64,000 nucleotides of DNA from Magnetococcales bacterium (GTDB lineage: Bacteria > Pseudomonadota > Magnetococcia > Magnetococcales > UBA8363): contig JADGCN010000004.1 of NCBI GenBank assembly GCA_015228975.1, positions 4,028-68,027 of the forward strand. Direction: 5' to 3'. A program made the translations under genes and the position numbers. Shown one piece after another: positions 34,901 through 44,937 of the stretch (positions are counted from its first letter, which is position 1; every line of letters begins with the position of its first letter). The notes beneath the pieces were generated by a model. The model was not told where the DNA came from, made no database searches, and saw only the letters and a program-made list of their open reading frames with translations.

Positions 34901-36239
34901 CCTGTCGGTCTGGGGGGTGGGGGGATGCCTGGCCGACGACATGGGATTGGGTAAAACTTTACAAGCCATGGCTTTGCTGCTAAGTCGCGCCCCCGATGGC
35001 GTCGGCCTGGTCGTCGCGCCAACCTCGGTGTGCAGCAATTGGGAGGCAGAGATCAAACGTTTTGCGCCAACGTTAAAACCAATCCTCTTTGGCGGAAACA
35101 ATCGCAAGGAAATGGTAACCGGGCTGCAAGCCTTCGATGTGTTGGTGGTCAGCTATGCCCTGCTGCAAATTGAAGGGGAACTGTTGGGGGAAATCACATG
35201 GCACACCATCGTGCTGGATGAAGCGCAAGCCATTAAAAATCGCATGACCAAACGCTCGCAATCCGCCATGGCTCTCAAGGGTCATTTTCGTGTCATCACC
35301 ACCGGCACCCCCATTGAAAATCATCTGGGCGAATTGTGGAATCTGTTTCGTTTCTTGAATCCGGGTCTTCTGGGTTCCCTGGAACGGTTCAATGAACGTT
35401 TCGCCCAACCCATCGAACGGTTTCGTGATCGTGAGGCCTCGCGCCGCCTGAAAGAGATCATCCGCCCGTTCATCCTGCGGCGAACGAAAAACCAGGTGCT
35501 GCAAGAATTGCCCCCGTTGACCGAAATTGTATTGCACGTGGACATGTCTCCCGAGGAAGCCGCTTTTTATGAAGCTTTGCGCTTGCAGGCCATGAGCAAC
35601 CTGGAGGGTGTTCAGGGAAAAGATGGCAAAAATCATGTGGCGATCCTGGCCGAATTGATGACCTTGCGCCGGGCATGTTGCAACAGTCGTTTGATCAAAC
35701 CAGATGCCCCCTGGCCCTGCAGCAAGCTGGAAACCTTCAAGGAAGTGGCAAGAACCCTGTTGGACAACAAGCATAAAGCCTTGGTATTCAGTCAATTTGT
35801 CGATCATTTAAGCATCATTCGCGAATTTTTTACAGCGGAAGGGATCGCCTATCAATATTTGGATGGTTCCACCCCGGCGCCACAACGCAAAAAAAACATC
35901 GATGCCTTTCAGGGGGGCCAGGGCGATTTTTTCCTCATCAGTCTGAAAGCGGGTGGGGTGGGCCTCAACCTGACGGCGGCCGATTATGTCATCCATATGG
36001 ATCCCTGGTGGAATCCCGCTGTGGAGGATCAGGCGTCCAATCGGGCGCATCGTTTTGGCCAAAAGCGACCGGTGACGGTCTATCGTTTGGTGACCCGTGG
36101 GACCATTGAAGAAAAAATTGTCGAACTTCACGCCCAAAAGCGCGATCTGGCCGACGATTTGTTGGAGGGGGGTGACAGGAGCGGTCGTTTGACCGCCGAG
36201 GAGCTGTTGGGTTTAATCCGGGCACCGCTCGGCGATTGA
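31920..36239 (+). CDS. SNF2-family helicase with a long N-terminal extension
   Basis: LRDYQ, LADDMGLGKT, LDEAQ, TGTPIEN, VFSQF, SLKAGGVGLNLT, WWNPAVEDQA; start uncertain (31884/31920/31929). Confidence 0.92.
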   Translation: MPALPETSTQTFDLSAHLDRLVDPNRKILQLFAIIYETVPASLVVACLKKLKLKQTPQSWFTVRTLQPRIDVLLGMALLKRDLETGLHYRIVPAIADTVVLQAIKDGVCEEMMHIVASEIPALLGSSRGSQRLVSFDRAVREIRLGLLTSNTDSVIRFLNLALSQRPDDYRKTPPLVHLYADPWDAERISRLPLQLQLWALEEILEIKLLDLQSVADMVPLLEQYRQESCPKTGPGLRALYMLALLVQGRIKEAEELLAGEKPVEASQLFQGWICFLHGDFRRAISTLDKTMALLDDTREEHRQRNFPHFWGGLFLLLALLQTNQFEGRQRILSLVQRLERHRHNPLAAGYQAIRAVVVARGGDADHALNILGYRSDNRKGNAGLPWLRQEFTPLLAARDGGWAMALPKAVRHVNPAGLAELLRLMALYWVDHETMAVETVKDHLWAIHRQALQNDYPWAALESAALLRQWPEETEEFTTVVSELESRLGFSCIVDRIRREERWEQTLSALLKLTGGHENEVEEVATISKRRLVWLIETHGQRGSIQAREQTLSEDGEWSRGKAVSTRKLHSSEAQLWGFLTPQDLKVCQTIRQEYIYNGTRYDFEWARGMLALVGHPHVYWLDNPMVTIEVVRSEPELLVNEHNGRVKIRFAQKIEGPGVLVLREGERRCRVIEITNDHHKIADILGPDGFNGPESQKARVMGVVARLANLVTIQSAVDADVAEIDEVATDSRPRLQLVPQGEGLQARLLVRPFADAGPWCSPGRGGVLLFAEREGKRVKTRRNFRKEKELAEEVIALCPTLAGRSEDDRGWFLPRLEECLELLLELKELGDKVLVEWPEGERFRVAQTITMDKLHIKIRRERDWFAVAGTVTLDDAMVLEMSTLLKLSQKKESRFIPLGNGQFAALTEAFRRRLLEMLDRGEETGKGWRVHTLTAPWLHELAGESGRVAGDKHWKEQVARLEAMESDEAEVPSTFQAELRDYQKVGFRWLHRLSVWGVGGCLADDMGLGKTLQAMALLLSRAPDGVGLVVAPTSVCSNWEAEIKRFAPTLKPILFGGNNRKEMVTGLQAFDVLVVSYALLQIEGELLGEITWHTIVLDEAQAIKNRMTKRSQSAMALKGHFRVITTGTPIENHLGELWNLFRFLNPGLLGSLERFNERFAQPIERFRDREASRRLKEIIRPFILRRTKNQVLQELPPLTEIVLHVDMSPEEAAFYEALRLQAMSNLEGVQGKDGKNHVAILAELMTLRRACCNSRLIKPDAPWPCSKLETFKEVARTLLDNKHKALVFSQFVDHLSIIREFFTAEGIAYQYLDGSTPAPQRKKNIDAFQGGQGDFFLISLKAGGVGLNLTAADYVIHMDPWWNPAVEDQASNRAHRFGQKRPVTVYRLVTRGTIEEKIVELHAQKRDLADDLLEGGDRSGRLTAEELLGLIRAPLGD

Positions 36240-36282
36240 GAAAATTTGCAGGCACCTTTCAACCCGTTGGAGTATTGAGTCC

Positions 36283-37185
36283 ATGTTCCGCTTGTGTATT
36301 TTCTTGGTACTTGTTGGTTGGTCTCTGCCAAGTTGGGCCGGGGCGGAAGTCACCCCTTCGGAGGTGTTCGCCGAGGCGGTACGCATCGAAAAGGAGGTCA
36401 ACCTCATCAAAAATCACCTGGGCATCACTGCGGTCAAGACCGTTGTTCCGACACGGATGCAATTTTTGCCACGCCATTCCTGGCAGATCGGCTATCTGAT
36501 TTTGAATCAGATCAATTTTTTTCGCCAACAGCAAGGTTTTCCAATATTGGTTCCGAACAACCTGAATCCGGTCTTGGAACTGGAGCCTGTTGTGGTCTAC
36601 GAACAAACTCAACGCATTCTTATGGAAATCGGCTTGGTCAAAAAGCGGCTGGGGATTGGCGGTGAAGTGCCGCCACAGGAGGTCATCCCGGGGAAAAAAC
36701 CCCTGGATGTTGCCAACAAACTCTTATCCATTTCTGGTCAATGGGATATCATCAACCAAGGCAAGTTGACGCCAAAGGATTCCTATGCTGAGGTCAAGCG
36801 TTTGAGTGATGATGTTGGCATTATCCTGAACCATCTGAAAATTCAGGATACGGCTTTTCCACCGGCGCAAAAACCGGATACCAAACCCAGTGACTCCCTG
36901 GCTTCGGCATATGTCGTGCTAACCGAGGTACAACGTTTGCAGCAGCAAGCTTCGATCCCGCGGGTCGATTTTGAGCCGTTTCGCAAAACAACAGAGATTG
37001 AAGCGGAAGATGTCATCAATTTGGTGATTTTGATCGTGGCTGAGCTGCAAACCATCAAGGCTTCTCTTGGTCTTTTTGCTGATTTGACGCCTCCTGCAAG
37101 GAGGCACCACGATAAGTCGCCAGGCGATGTCAATCAATTGTTGGACTATGTCGCCAACAGACTGCGCCTGATTCATAGCCTGTAG
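36283..37185 (+). CDS. Secreted helical-repeat hypothetical protein
   Basis: Signal peptide; internally duplicated halves (VTPSEVFAE / LTPKDSYAE). Confidence 0.75.
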   Translation: MFRLCIFLVLVGWSLPSWAGAEVTPSEVFAEAVRIEKEVNLIKNHLGITAVKTVVPTRMQFLPRHSWQIGYLILNQINFFRQQQGFPILVPNNLNPVLELEPVVVYEQTQRILMEIGLVKKRLGIGGEVPPQEVIPGKKPLDVANKLLSISGQWDIINQGKLTPKDSYAEVKRLSDDVGIILNHLKIQDTAFPPAQKPDTKPSDSLASAYVVLTEVQRLQQQASIPRVDFEPFRKTTEIEAEDVINLVILIVAELQTIKASLGLFADLTPPARRHHDKSPGDVNQLLDYVANRLRLIHSL

Positions 37186-37198
37186 GGAGCCCATCCAA

Positions 37199-40100
37199 GT
37201 GAATGAGACCGTTGTTCCAGGGCAATTCCCCTGGTATCGGCGTTTACGCCTGAAGACCCGGTTTATGCTGCTGTTTTATCTGCTGACGATACCCTCCATG
37301 GGAATGATCGGGTATTACGGCTATACCAGTGCTGCCGAAGCTTATCGTGTTCAGGCTGCCAAAAAGATGGAGGCAGATGTTTCCCAGACCAGTCGCAAAA
37401 TCAGCGATTTTTTGGAATTCATCCATAACAACCTGGAGTTCTTTTCCAATCATACAAGCCTGTTGCGGCAAATGTACTGGTTGGATATGCACGACACCAA
37501 TAAATATGATGAATGGAATGCCACGACCCTGGACACTTGGAAAGATTTTGTGCGCAGCTACGATTATCTTTACAAGGTTCGGTTCGTGGGGATGGATGGT
37601 CGGGAGCAGATCGTCGTGCGTCGCGACCCAGTTACACATAAGGTGAATCATTTGCCGGACCCCGAGTTACAGGACCATAAATTAGAACCTTATTTTCAAA
37701 ATACCTTGCGGTTGACAGAGAGCAACTATGCGGTAAGTCCTGTGGATTTGAGTCGGGAACATGGCCAGATTGAAAAACCTACTGTTCCGATAGTCACTTT
37801 GTCGCATCTGGTAGTGGGTGACAATCAGGTGAAATATGGTGTGGTGATTCTGGATTTGTTTGCTGAAGCGATTTTCCAATACATACGAGATACGAACAAA
37901 CGAATGGAGGAGGAGGAGAAATTTTATTTGCTTGATTCTCAAGGAAATTATCTTTATCACCACGATAAAGAAAAAATTCTTAGCCATATCCTTGGACACG
38001 GCGATAATTTTCGTCACCTTTATCCCGGGGTCATGGAGACCTTGGAACAAAAAACAAAGGGAACGATTTTTAGCGGTGGCCAGATTTTCGGTTTCGAGCG
38101 TATTTTTCCCCGCCCCTCCGACCAACAACAATTTTGGATTTTGGTAGGCGCTATCCCTGAATCTGCCGTCCTGGGGCCGTTGAAAGATTTTAAGGAGATT
38201 TTCATCGGGTTGGCCCTGATGACTCTGGCCTTGGTGTTTGTGGTGTCGCATTATTATGTGCGTAGTTTGATGCGTCCCCTGCATTTTGTGACCCGCCAGT
38301 TGCAAGTATTGAGTACGGGCCAAATCAAGCCCGATTCCTTTTCGTACCAGTATCAGGATGAAATTCGGCAAATGCTTGATTCCACTGAGCGTTTGCTGGC
38401 CAACATGAGTACCTTGGCGACCCAGGCCAATACCATTGCACGGGGCGACCTGTCGCGTGACGTGGTTTTGTTGTCGCCAGAGGATCAGTTGGGAATGGCC
38501 CTCAACCATATGACGCTTATGTTGCGCCAGGGGACGGATGAAAACCGTCGGCGCAACTGGATTCGCGACAGTATTGGCCGGCTGAATCAAGAGTTGACGG
38601 GCGACTTGACGCCCCAGGAGCTGGTGGAAAGGGCTTTGACAATCGTTGGCAGTACCCTGGAAGCGGGTCGCGGTGTTTTTTATCTGTACGATGCCGAGGC
38701 ACAGGTTTTGGATTTGCTGGGAACTTACATGTTTACCCGGCGACGGCATTTGGGTAATCGCGTGCAACTGGGGGAAGGGGCGGTGGGACAGGTGGCCCGG
38801 GAACGAAAACCCTTTACCCTGGTGCTGCCAGAGGAAAACGATGGTGCATTGATTGCCACAGGGACGACGATGTTGCCCGCTCAGCACACAACGGTCTATC
38901 CGTTGCTCCGGGAGGGGGCGTTGTTGGGAGTCATGGAGTTGAATGGGTTTATCCCGATGAATCCAGAACGGCAGGAATTCTTGGAAGGGGCGGTGAACGT
39001 TGTTGCATCGCTGTTGTTCATGGCAATGCAACGGCAACGGATCAAAGTATTGTTCGAGCGCGCCGAAGAGGCCAGAAAACTGGCCTTGAACCAAGCCACC
39101 GAACTTGCCAAAGCCAATGTGAATCTGGAAGAACAACAACAGCGGTTGCAGCAGCAGACCGAAGAATTGCAACAATCCAATGCCCAGATGGAAGAACAAC
39201 AGCAACAGTTGCAACAACAGTCGGAGGAATTGCAACAAACCAATGCGCAGATGGAAGAGCAACAAGGACAATTACGGCAGCAGTCGGAGGAATTGCGGGC
39301 CAAAAACGATGAATTATTGAGTTCCCAGAAGGAGTTGGATCAACGAGCCCGCATGCTGGAGGAATCCAACCGTTACAAATCGGAATTTTTGGCCAACATG
39401 TCCCACGAATTGCGCACGCCGCTCAATTCCATCATCGTTCTTTCCAAAATGTTGTCGGCCAACGAGCATTACGACCTGGATGAAGAGAGCATCAAACAGG
39501 CCCGGGTTATCCACGACGCGGGAAACGAATTGTTGCGCCTGATCAACGATATTTTGGACTTATCCAAAATTGAGGCCGGGCATGTAGAGGTACAATGGGA
39601 GCGGTTTGCGACATCGGAACTGCTGTCGGAATTTCAGGATCTTTTTACCGCCGGCGCCCGGGAAAAGGGCTTGGTGTTTTCCGTGGAAGATCAGTACCGC
39701 AGTGAGCTGGTCAGTGACCGTCATAAGTTGTCTCAGGTCATTCGCAATCTGCTGTCCAACGCCTTCAAGTTTACCACCCGGGGGCAGGTCTCTGTGACTG
39801 TTCGGCCCGATGAACACCACAGAGATATTTTGCTGTTCCAGGTGGCGGACACGGGGATTGGCATTCCTGCCGACAAACACAAGCTGATCTTTGAGGAGTT
39901 TCAGCAGGTGGATGGGACCATTTCCCGGCAATTTGGCGGTACCGGCCTGGGTCTGTCGATCAGTCGTCGGCTCATCGGCCTTCTGGGAGGAGAAATTACC
40001 CTGGAAAGTATTGAAGGTCAGGGGAGTATCTTTACCATTCATCTGCCCTTGAAGACAGAGAGTACCCCGAAAGTCGAGACACCCCAACCTGATGTCACAA

Positions 40101-41332
40101 CCAAAGCCCCTTCCATACAAAAGGTTGCACTGGTGGATGATCGCGCCAAATTGGTTGCGGGAGATCGACCTATCCTGGTGATCGATGACGATACCACTTT
40201 TTGCGAAACGGTCATCCTGATCAACCATCGATTGGGATTCCAGACGGTCGCCGCCGTGACGGGACGCGAGGGTTTGGAATTGGCGCGTACCCTGCATCCT
40301 TCTGGCATCGTCCTGGATTTGGGATTGCCGGATATGAACGGCATGGAGGTGTTGAACCAGCTCAAGGCAACTCGTGAATTGAACGCCGTTCCGGTTTATA
40401 TCATTACTGGTAAAGAAGGCAGGATACCCTGGCAGGAAGAAGGGGCGTTCGGTTTTCTGAAAAAGCCGGTGGAAGCCGACAGTCTCACCCGGGTCATGGC
40501 ACAACTGGCTCCCAAGGGAACGGCCAACGCCCGAATTCTGGTGGTTTCAGCCTCCGACCTCCCCCAAGGCCAGGACTTGACAGAGTTGGAACGCGGGAAA
40601 GGAGTGCAAGTCGTTCGGGTCAGAGACTATGATACAGCCGTTGCCGCAGTCCAGAATCAAGGTGACGCACCGTTCGCGATGGTCATTTGCGATTACCACC
40701 TCCCAGGGGGGATCGTGTGTACGGACCTTTTCCGCAGTTTACGGGCGATGCACCCCGACTTGCGCTGCATCGTACTCAATGATGAATCGTTGAGCGAAGA
40801 AAAATTGCTGGCGGTACGGAGCTTCACCGACAGTATCATTCAACAGGTTCCGCAGGCTAATAGTCGGTTGCTGGCCGATGTGGAACGCTTTTTACGCGAG
40901 GTTCGTCAGGATTCCAGGAATGATCCTGAAGTAGTGCAGGATCCTCTGAATGGCTTGGCTGGTCGAACGATTTTGATTGTCGATGACGATGCGCGCAATC
41001 TATACGTGATTACGGCGGCCCTGGAGCGGCATGGCGCCCGGGTGTTGCAGGCCATGAATGGCAAGAAGGCATTGCAGGTTCTCGGGAATGAACGGATCGA
41101 TCTGGTTGTGACGGATATCATGATGCCGGAAATGAGTGGTTATCAAACTATCGAAGCGATTCGTGCCGACAACAAACTCAAAGATATCCCCATCATCGCC
41201 CTGACAGCCAAGGCGATGAAGAGTGATCGGGAAAAATGTCTGGCGGTCGGTGCCGACGATTACATCGCCAAACCGGTTGATTATGATGTACTGATCAACC
41301 TGGTCAAGGCTTGGAGTAATGGTCGACGATGA
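37199..41332 (+). CDS. Hybrid sensor histidine kinase (Cache-like, HAMP, GAF, Q/E coiled coil, HisKA/HATPase, three REC)
   Basis: FLANMSHELRTPLN, NLLSNAFKF, DTGIG, GGTGLGL; REC motifs DLGLP, CDYHLP, TDIMMP. Confidence 0.95.
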   Translation: MNETVVPGQFPWYRRLRLKTRFMLLFYLLTIPSMGMIGYYGYTSAAEAYRVQAAKKMEADVSQTSRKISDFLEFIHNNLEFFSNHTSLLRQMYWLDMHDTNKYDEWNATTLDTWKDFVRSYDYLYKVRFVGMDGREQIVVRRDPVTHKVNHLPDPELQDHKLEPYFQNTLRLTESNYAVSPVDLSREHGQIEKPTVPIVTLSHLVVGDNQVKYGVVILDLFAEAIFQYIRDTNKRMEEEEKFYLLDSQGNYLYHHDKEKILSHILGHGDNFRHLYPGVMETLEQKTKGTIFSGGQIFGFERIFPRPSDQQQFWILVGAIPESAVLGPLKDFKEIFIGLALMTLALVFVVSHYYVRSLMRPLHFVTRQLQVLSTGQIKPDSFSYQYQDEIRQMLDSTERLLANMSTLATQANTIARGDLSRDVVLLSPEDQLGMALNHMTLMLRQGTDENRRRNWIRDSIGRLNQELTGDLTPQELVERALTIVGSTLEAGRGVFYLYDAEAQVLDLLGTYMFTRRRHLGNRVQLGEGAVGQVARERKPFTLVLPEENDGALIATGTTMLPAQHTTVYPLLREGALLGVMELNGFIPMNPERQEFLEGAVNVVASLLFMAMQRQRIKVLFERAEEARKLALNQATELAKANVNLEEQQQRLQQQTEELQQSNAQMEEQQQQLQQQSEELQQTNAQMEEQQGQLRQQSEELRAKNDELLSSQKELDQRARMLEESNRYKSEFLANMSHELRTPLNSIIVLSKMLSANEHYDLDEESIKQARVIHDAGNELLRLINDILDLSKIEAGHVEVQWERFATSELLSEFQDLFTAGAREKGLVFSVEDQYRSELVSDRHKLSQVIRNLLSNAFKFTTRGQVSVTVRPDEHHRDILLFQVADTGIGIPADKHKLIFEEFQQVDGTISRQFGGTGLGLSISRRLIGLLGGEITLESIEGQGSIFTIHLPLKTESTPKVETPQPDVTTKAPSIQKVALVDDRAKLVAGDRPILVIDDDTTFCETVILINHRLGFQTVAAVTGREGLELARTLHPSGIVLDLGLPDMNGMEVLNQLKATRELNAVPVYIITGKEGRIPWQEEGAFGFLKKPVEADSLTRVMAQLAPKGTANARILVVSASDLPQGQDLTELERGKGVQVVRVRDYDTAVAAVQNQGDAPFAMVICDYHLPGGIVCTDLFRSLRAMHPDLRCIVLNDESLSEEKLLAVRSFTDSIIQQVPQANSRLLADVERFLREVRQDSRNDPEVVQDPLNGLAGRTILIVDDDARNLYVITAALERHGARVLQAMNGKKALQVLGNERIDLVVTDIMMPEMSGYQTIEAIRADNKLKDIPIIALTAKAMKSDREKCLAVGADDYIAKPVDYDVLINLVKAWSNGRR
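39128..39300 (+). repeat. Three 63-bp (21-aa) tandem repeats inside the kinase
   Basis: EEQQQRLQQQTEELQQSNAQM-type units start at 39128, 39191 and 39254. Confidence 0.85.
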
Positions 41333-43017
41333 AGGTAACCTTGAGCGACCAGGACGGGTTTTGCCATGTGATGGTGCAGGGCAATCGGTTGAAAGCTGCG
41401 GAGGAAAAACAGCTATTGGCGGTTTTGCAGCAGCCGCACGCCTTGCCGTTGCGGCTGTACTTTTATGAGTTGCAGTGGATTTCGCCCTCTTTGATCCACG
41501 GACTCCATCAGGCACTCGGGCGCGACCCGAAAAACGAGGCCCATTTTTTCAATCGTCATCTTTTCTCCTATCTTTTGGGACTTGGGATGTCGGTGCGGTT
41601 GATGCCGACGCGGGGGGGGGAGAAGTACGTGGCAAGGCCGTTTCGTGCCTTGGTGATGGGAGGGTCCGCCGGCAGCCTGGAAAAGATGATTCATTTAATC
41701 CAGTATTTGCCTCTTGGTGATCTGGCGGTGTTTGTCGTGCAGCATGTGGCCGAGGACAAACCCAATTTACTGGATAAGCTGTTACGGCAGCATACCCCCT
41801 ATACGGTCCTGATGCCACACCACATGACCACCGTCAGCTCAGGCACTGTTTACGTTGCGCCACCGGGGCATAACATGCGGGTGGCCCATGGATTCGTCTA
41901 CCTGACCCGGGACAGGAAGATCAAGGCGGCACGTCCCGCCATGGATGCGTTGTTTGAATCGGTAGCCCTCGAGTATGGTCCTGAAGCCCTGGGACTGATG
42001 CTTTGCGCCTATGGCCGGGATGGTATTGCCGGGGCAGAAGCTCTGCTCAAACAGCAAGGAACACTCCTCGTTCTCACACCCGATTCCTGTCAGGAGGGAA
42101 AGCCTTTGCTGGAAGCCATTGGCAAAGAGGTGGCCGGGGCGGAATTGGTTTCGTTGCCGGTCATGACGGCCCTGATGGCGGCTGCAGCGACCAAAGATCC
42201 TTCCGAACAGGATTTGACCCCCTTCTTTACCGCTGTCGCCGCCGTGTACGGTCATCATTATGGCGACTACCAACCCGATATGCTCAAACGGCGTTTGGGA
42301 CAGGTGTGCAGCGATTTGGGAGGATCTGGAAATTACCTCTGCCAGAAGGAAATCCTTGGCTCACCCGCGGCCTTTCAACGTCTTTTCCTGGCACTCTCCA
42401 TCAATGTGACGGAATTTTTTCGCATGCCGCAGCAATTTCGCTTGCTTAAGGAGAAAATTTTTCCCTATCTGGCCAGTTTTCCGCACATTAAAATTTGGAT
42501 AGCCGGTTGCTCCAGTGGCGAAGAGGTTTATTCCTTGGCCATTTTTCTCCATGAGGCGGGTCTGCTCAACCGTTGTTTGATTTATGCCACCGACATCAAC
42601 CCGTTCATTCTCATGCAGGCCGCCAATGGTCTCTATGCCATGGACTTGCTTGACAAGGGGCGGTTCAATTATCGGGAAGCTGGCGGAAGCACTACTTTTG
42701 ACGAATATTGTACAATCGAAAATAATAATTATTTCTCCCTCAGCTCCGCGCTCCACCATAAGACATTGTTTTACCGACACTCGCTGGCTGTGGATGGCCC
42801 TTTCAACGAGTTCCAATTAATAATTTGTCGCAATCTATTGATTTATTTTAACGTAAATCTTCAAAAAAAAGTCATGGAATTGTTTGACCGTTCCCTCCAT
42901 CCCGATGGTATACTGTTGCTGGGGGAAAAAGAATCGATTCGCACTGGCGAAGGTGAACGTTTTTTCTCCTTAACGAAAAAGGGACCAAACGTTTATTCAC
43001 ATCATCCCGGGCGGTAA
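41329..43017 (+). CDS. CheB methylesterase-CheR methyltransferase fusion
   Basis: GGSAG, VQH, GRDG (CheB); INVTEFFR, WIAGCSSGEE, ATDIN, ICRNLLIYF (CheR). Confidence 0.9.
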   Translation: MKVTLSDQDGFCHVMVQGNRLKAAEEKQLLAVLQQPHALPLRLYFYELQWISPSLIHGLHQALGRDPKNEAHFFNRHLFSYLLGLGMSVRLMPTRGGEKYVARPFRALVMGGSAGSLEKMIHLIQYLPLGDLAVFVVQHVAEDKPNLLDKLLRQHTPYTVLMPHHMTTVSSGTVYVAPPGHNMRVAHGFVYLTRDRKIKAARPAMDALFESVALEYGPEALGLMLCAYGRDGIAGAEALLKQQGTLLVLTPDSCQEGKPLLEAIGKEVAGAELVSLPVMTALMAAAATKDPSEQDLTPFFTAVAAVYGHHYGDYQPDMLKRRLGQVCSDLGGSGNYLCQKEILGSPAAFQRLFLALSINVTEFFRMPQQFRLLKEKIFPYLASFPHIKIWIAGCSSGEEVYSLAIFLHEAGLLNRCLIYATDINPFILMQAANGLYAMDLLDKGRFNYREAGGSTTFDEYCTIENNNYFSLSSALHHKTLFYRHSLAVDGPFNEFQLIICRNLLIYFNVNLQKKVMELFDRSLHPDGILLLGEKESIRTGEGERFFSLTKKGPNVYSHHPGR

Positions 43018-43023
43018 ATCATC

Positions 43024-44838
43024 ATGAACAGTAAGCCGTATACCCTGCTGATTGTTGATGACAATCCGAACAATTTGTTCTCTCTGCATGCATTATTGGA
43101 CCGCCTTCTCGCCTGCCGGGTCATAGAGGCGCAATCGGGCGTTGCCGCCTTGGGTATCCTCCTTGAGGAAAGAGTCGATCTGGTCCTGATGGACATTCAA
43201 ATGCCCGGCATGGATGGGTTTGAGACCGCCAGCCATATGAAGATGACGGAAAAGACAAAGGATATTCCTGTCATATTTATTACGGCATTTTTTCAAGATG
43301 GAGAGTTTGTCCGCCACGGTTATGAAATCGGCGCAGTAGACTATCTGACCAAACCTCTGGACGACAACCTGTTGCTGAATCGCCTGCGCCTATACCTGCA
43401 ACTCTTTGAGCGGGAAAAGGGGTTGCAAACCACCCTGAGCCTGGTACAGCAAAAAGAACACGCCCTGGAGCAAGTCAATCAAGAACTTGAAGCCCGGGTG
43501 ATGGAACGTACCCGGGAACTGGAAATTCGCAACCAAATGTTGGAACGGGAGATTGCCGAACGCAAAGCTGTGGAACTGGAATTACGCCATGCCAAACAGG
43601 TGGCCGAAGAGGCGGCCCGAGCCAAAAGCGATTTTTTGGCCACCATGAGCCATGAAATTCGTACCCCCATGAACGTGGTTATCGGCATGTGCGACGTGTT
43701 GCTGGATACCCGGATTACCATCCAGCAACGGGAATACATCATTAAAATGCAAAACGCTGGCGGCATGCTGTTGGAGTTGATCAATGACATTCTGGACGTT
43801 TCCAAGATTGAGGCAGGGCAGTTGCTATTAATGGAAGACACGTTTGATCCGTGTCAATTGTTGAATCATACCGTGGAGATGATGGGACTGGCAGCCTCCA
43901 GGAAAGGATTGGAGCTGACCCTGGAGACCAGTCCCGATTTACCCGAATTCATTTTGGGCGATCCGGTACGGTTGCGGCAGGTTGTCTTCAACCTGATCAG
44001 CAACGCCATCAAGTTTACCGATTCCGGCCAGATTAGCATTCGACTGAGCCGGGATATCGCTAGAGACGGTGCCTCATGGTTACAGATGACGGTACAGGAT
44101 AGCGGCATTGGTATCAGTACGGAAAAATTGGACTGCATCTTTGAAAAATTTACCCAGGCTGATTCCAGCATTACCCGTCGTTTTGGGGGTTCGGGTTTGG
44201 GCCTGACCATCTCCCGACGCCTGGTGTCCATGATGGGGGGGAGCATCCAAGTGAAAAGTCGCCCGGGAGAAGGGAGTACCTTTCAAGTGCGCATTCCCTG
44301 CCGGATGGCTTATGCGTCGGAATCGCTTCCGCATCACGTGACAGAAATTGCGGAAGATTCACATTCATCGACACTCTGTGCCACCGATTACCCGCCTGCG
44401 CAACAGGAGGTGATTCCCGAGGATATCAACCTGAACATTTTGTTGGCCGATGATTCCGAAGAAAACATTTTGGTCATTCAGGCCTATTTGATGAACACAC
44501 AATGTCGATTGGAGATCGTGGAAAATGGTTTACAAGCCTTGGAAAAATTCAAGGAGAAGCGTTTTGACCTGGTACTCATGGATATTCAGATGCCTGTCAT
44601 GGATGGTTGTGAAGCAACCAAAAGAATTCGGCATTGGGAATCCCAGGTTGGAATCGCTGCCACACCCATCATCGCCTTGACAGCCCATGCCATGATGGAT
44701 GTGACTCAAAAAATCAAGAATGCTGGTTGTGACATGCACATGACCAAGCCGGTCAGAAAAAAGTATCTGATTGAGATCATATCTTACTTCCAAAAACGCC
44801 GTGTTTCGTCGCAAGGTGCCTTGAAAGGTTCGTCTTAA
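43024..44838 (+). CDS. Hybrid histidine kinase (REC-HisKA-HATPase-REC)
   Basis: MDIQMP, MSHEIRTPMN, NLISNAIKF, GGSGLGL. Confidence 0.95.
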   Translation: MNSKPYTLLIVDDNPNNLFSLHALLDRLLACRVIEAQSGVAALGILLEERVDLVLMDIQMPGMDGFETASHMKMTEKTKDIPVIFITAFFQDGEFVRHGYEIGAVDYLTKPLDDNLLLNRLRLYLQLFEREKGLQTTLSLVQQKEHALEQVNQELEARVMERTRELEIRNQMLEREIAERKAVELELRHAKQVAEEAARAKSDFLATMSHEIRTPMNVVIGMCDVLLDTRITIQQREYIIKMQNAGGMLLELINDILDVSKIEAGQLLLMEDTFDPCQLLNHTVEMMGLAASRKGLELTLETSPDLPEFILGDPVRLRQVVFNLISNAIKFTDSGQISIRLSRDIARDGASWLQMTVQDSGIGISTEKLDCIFEKFTQADSSITRRFGGSGLGLTISRRLVSMMGGSIQVKSRPGEGSTFQVRIPCRMAYASESLPHHVTEIAEDSHSSTLCATDYPPAQQEVIPEDINLNILLADDSEENILVIQAYLMNTQCRLEIVENGLQALEKFKEKRFDLVLMDIQMPVMDGCEATKRIRHWESQVGIAATPIIALTAHAMMDVTQKIKNAGCDMHMTKPVRKKYLIEIISYFQKRRVSSQGALKGSS

Positions 44839-44937
44839 GCAGATGTCGTTCTGAAGAATGGGGAAACAGCATTCCATGAATGGCAATAAAAGGGTCGTGT
44901 AGCAAGTCGAAAACCGCCATCTTCCCTAATCCAAGCC

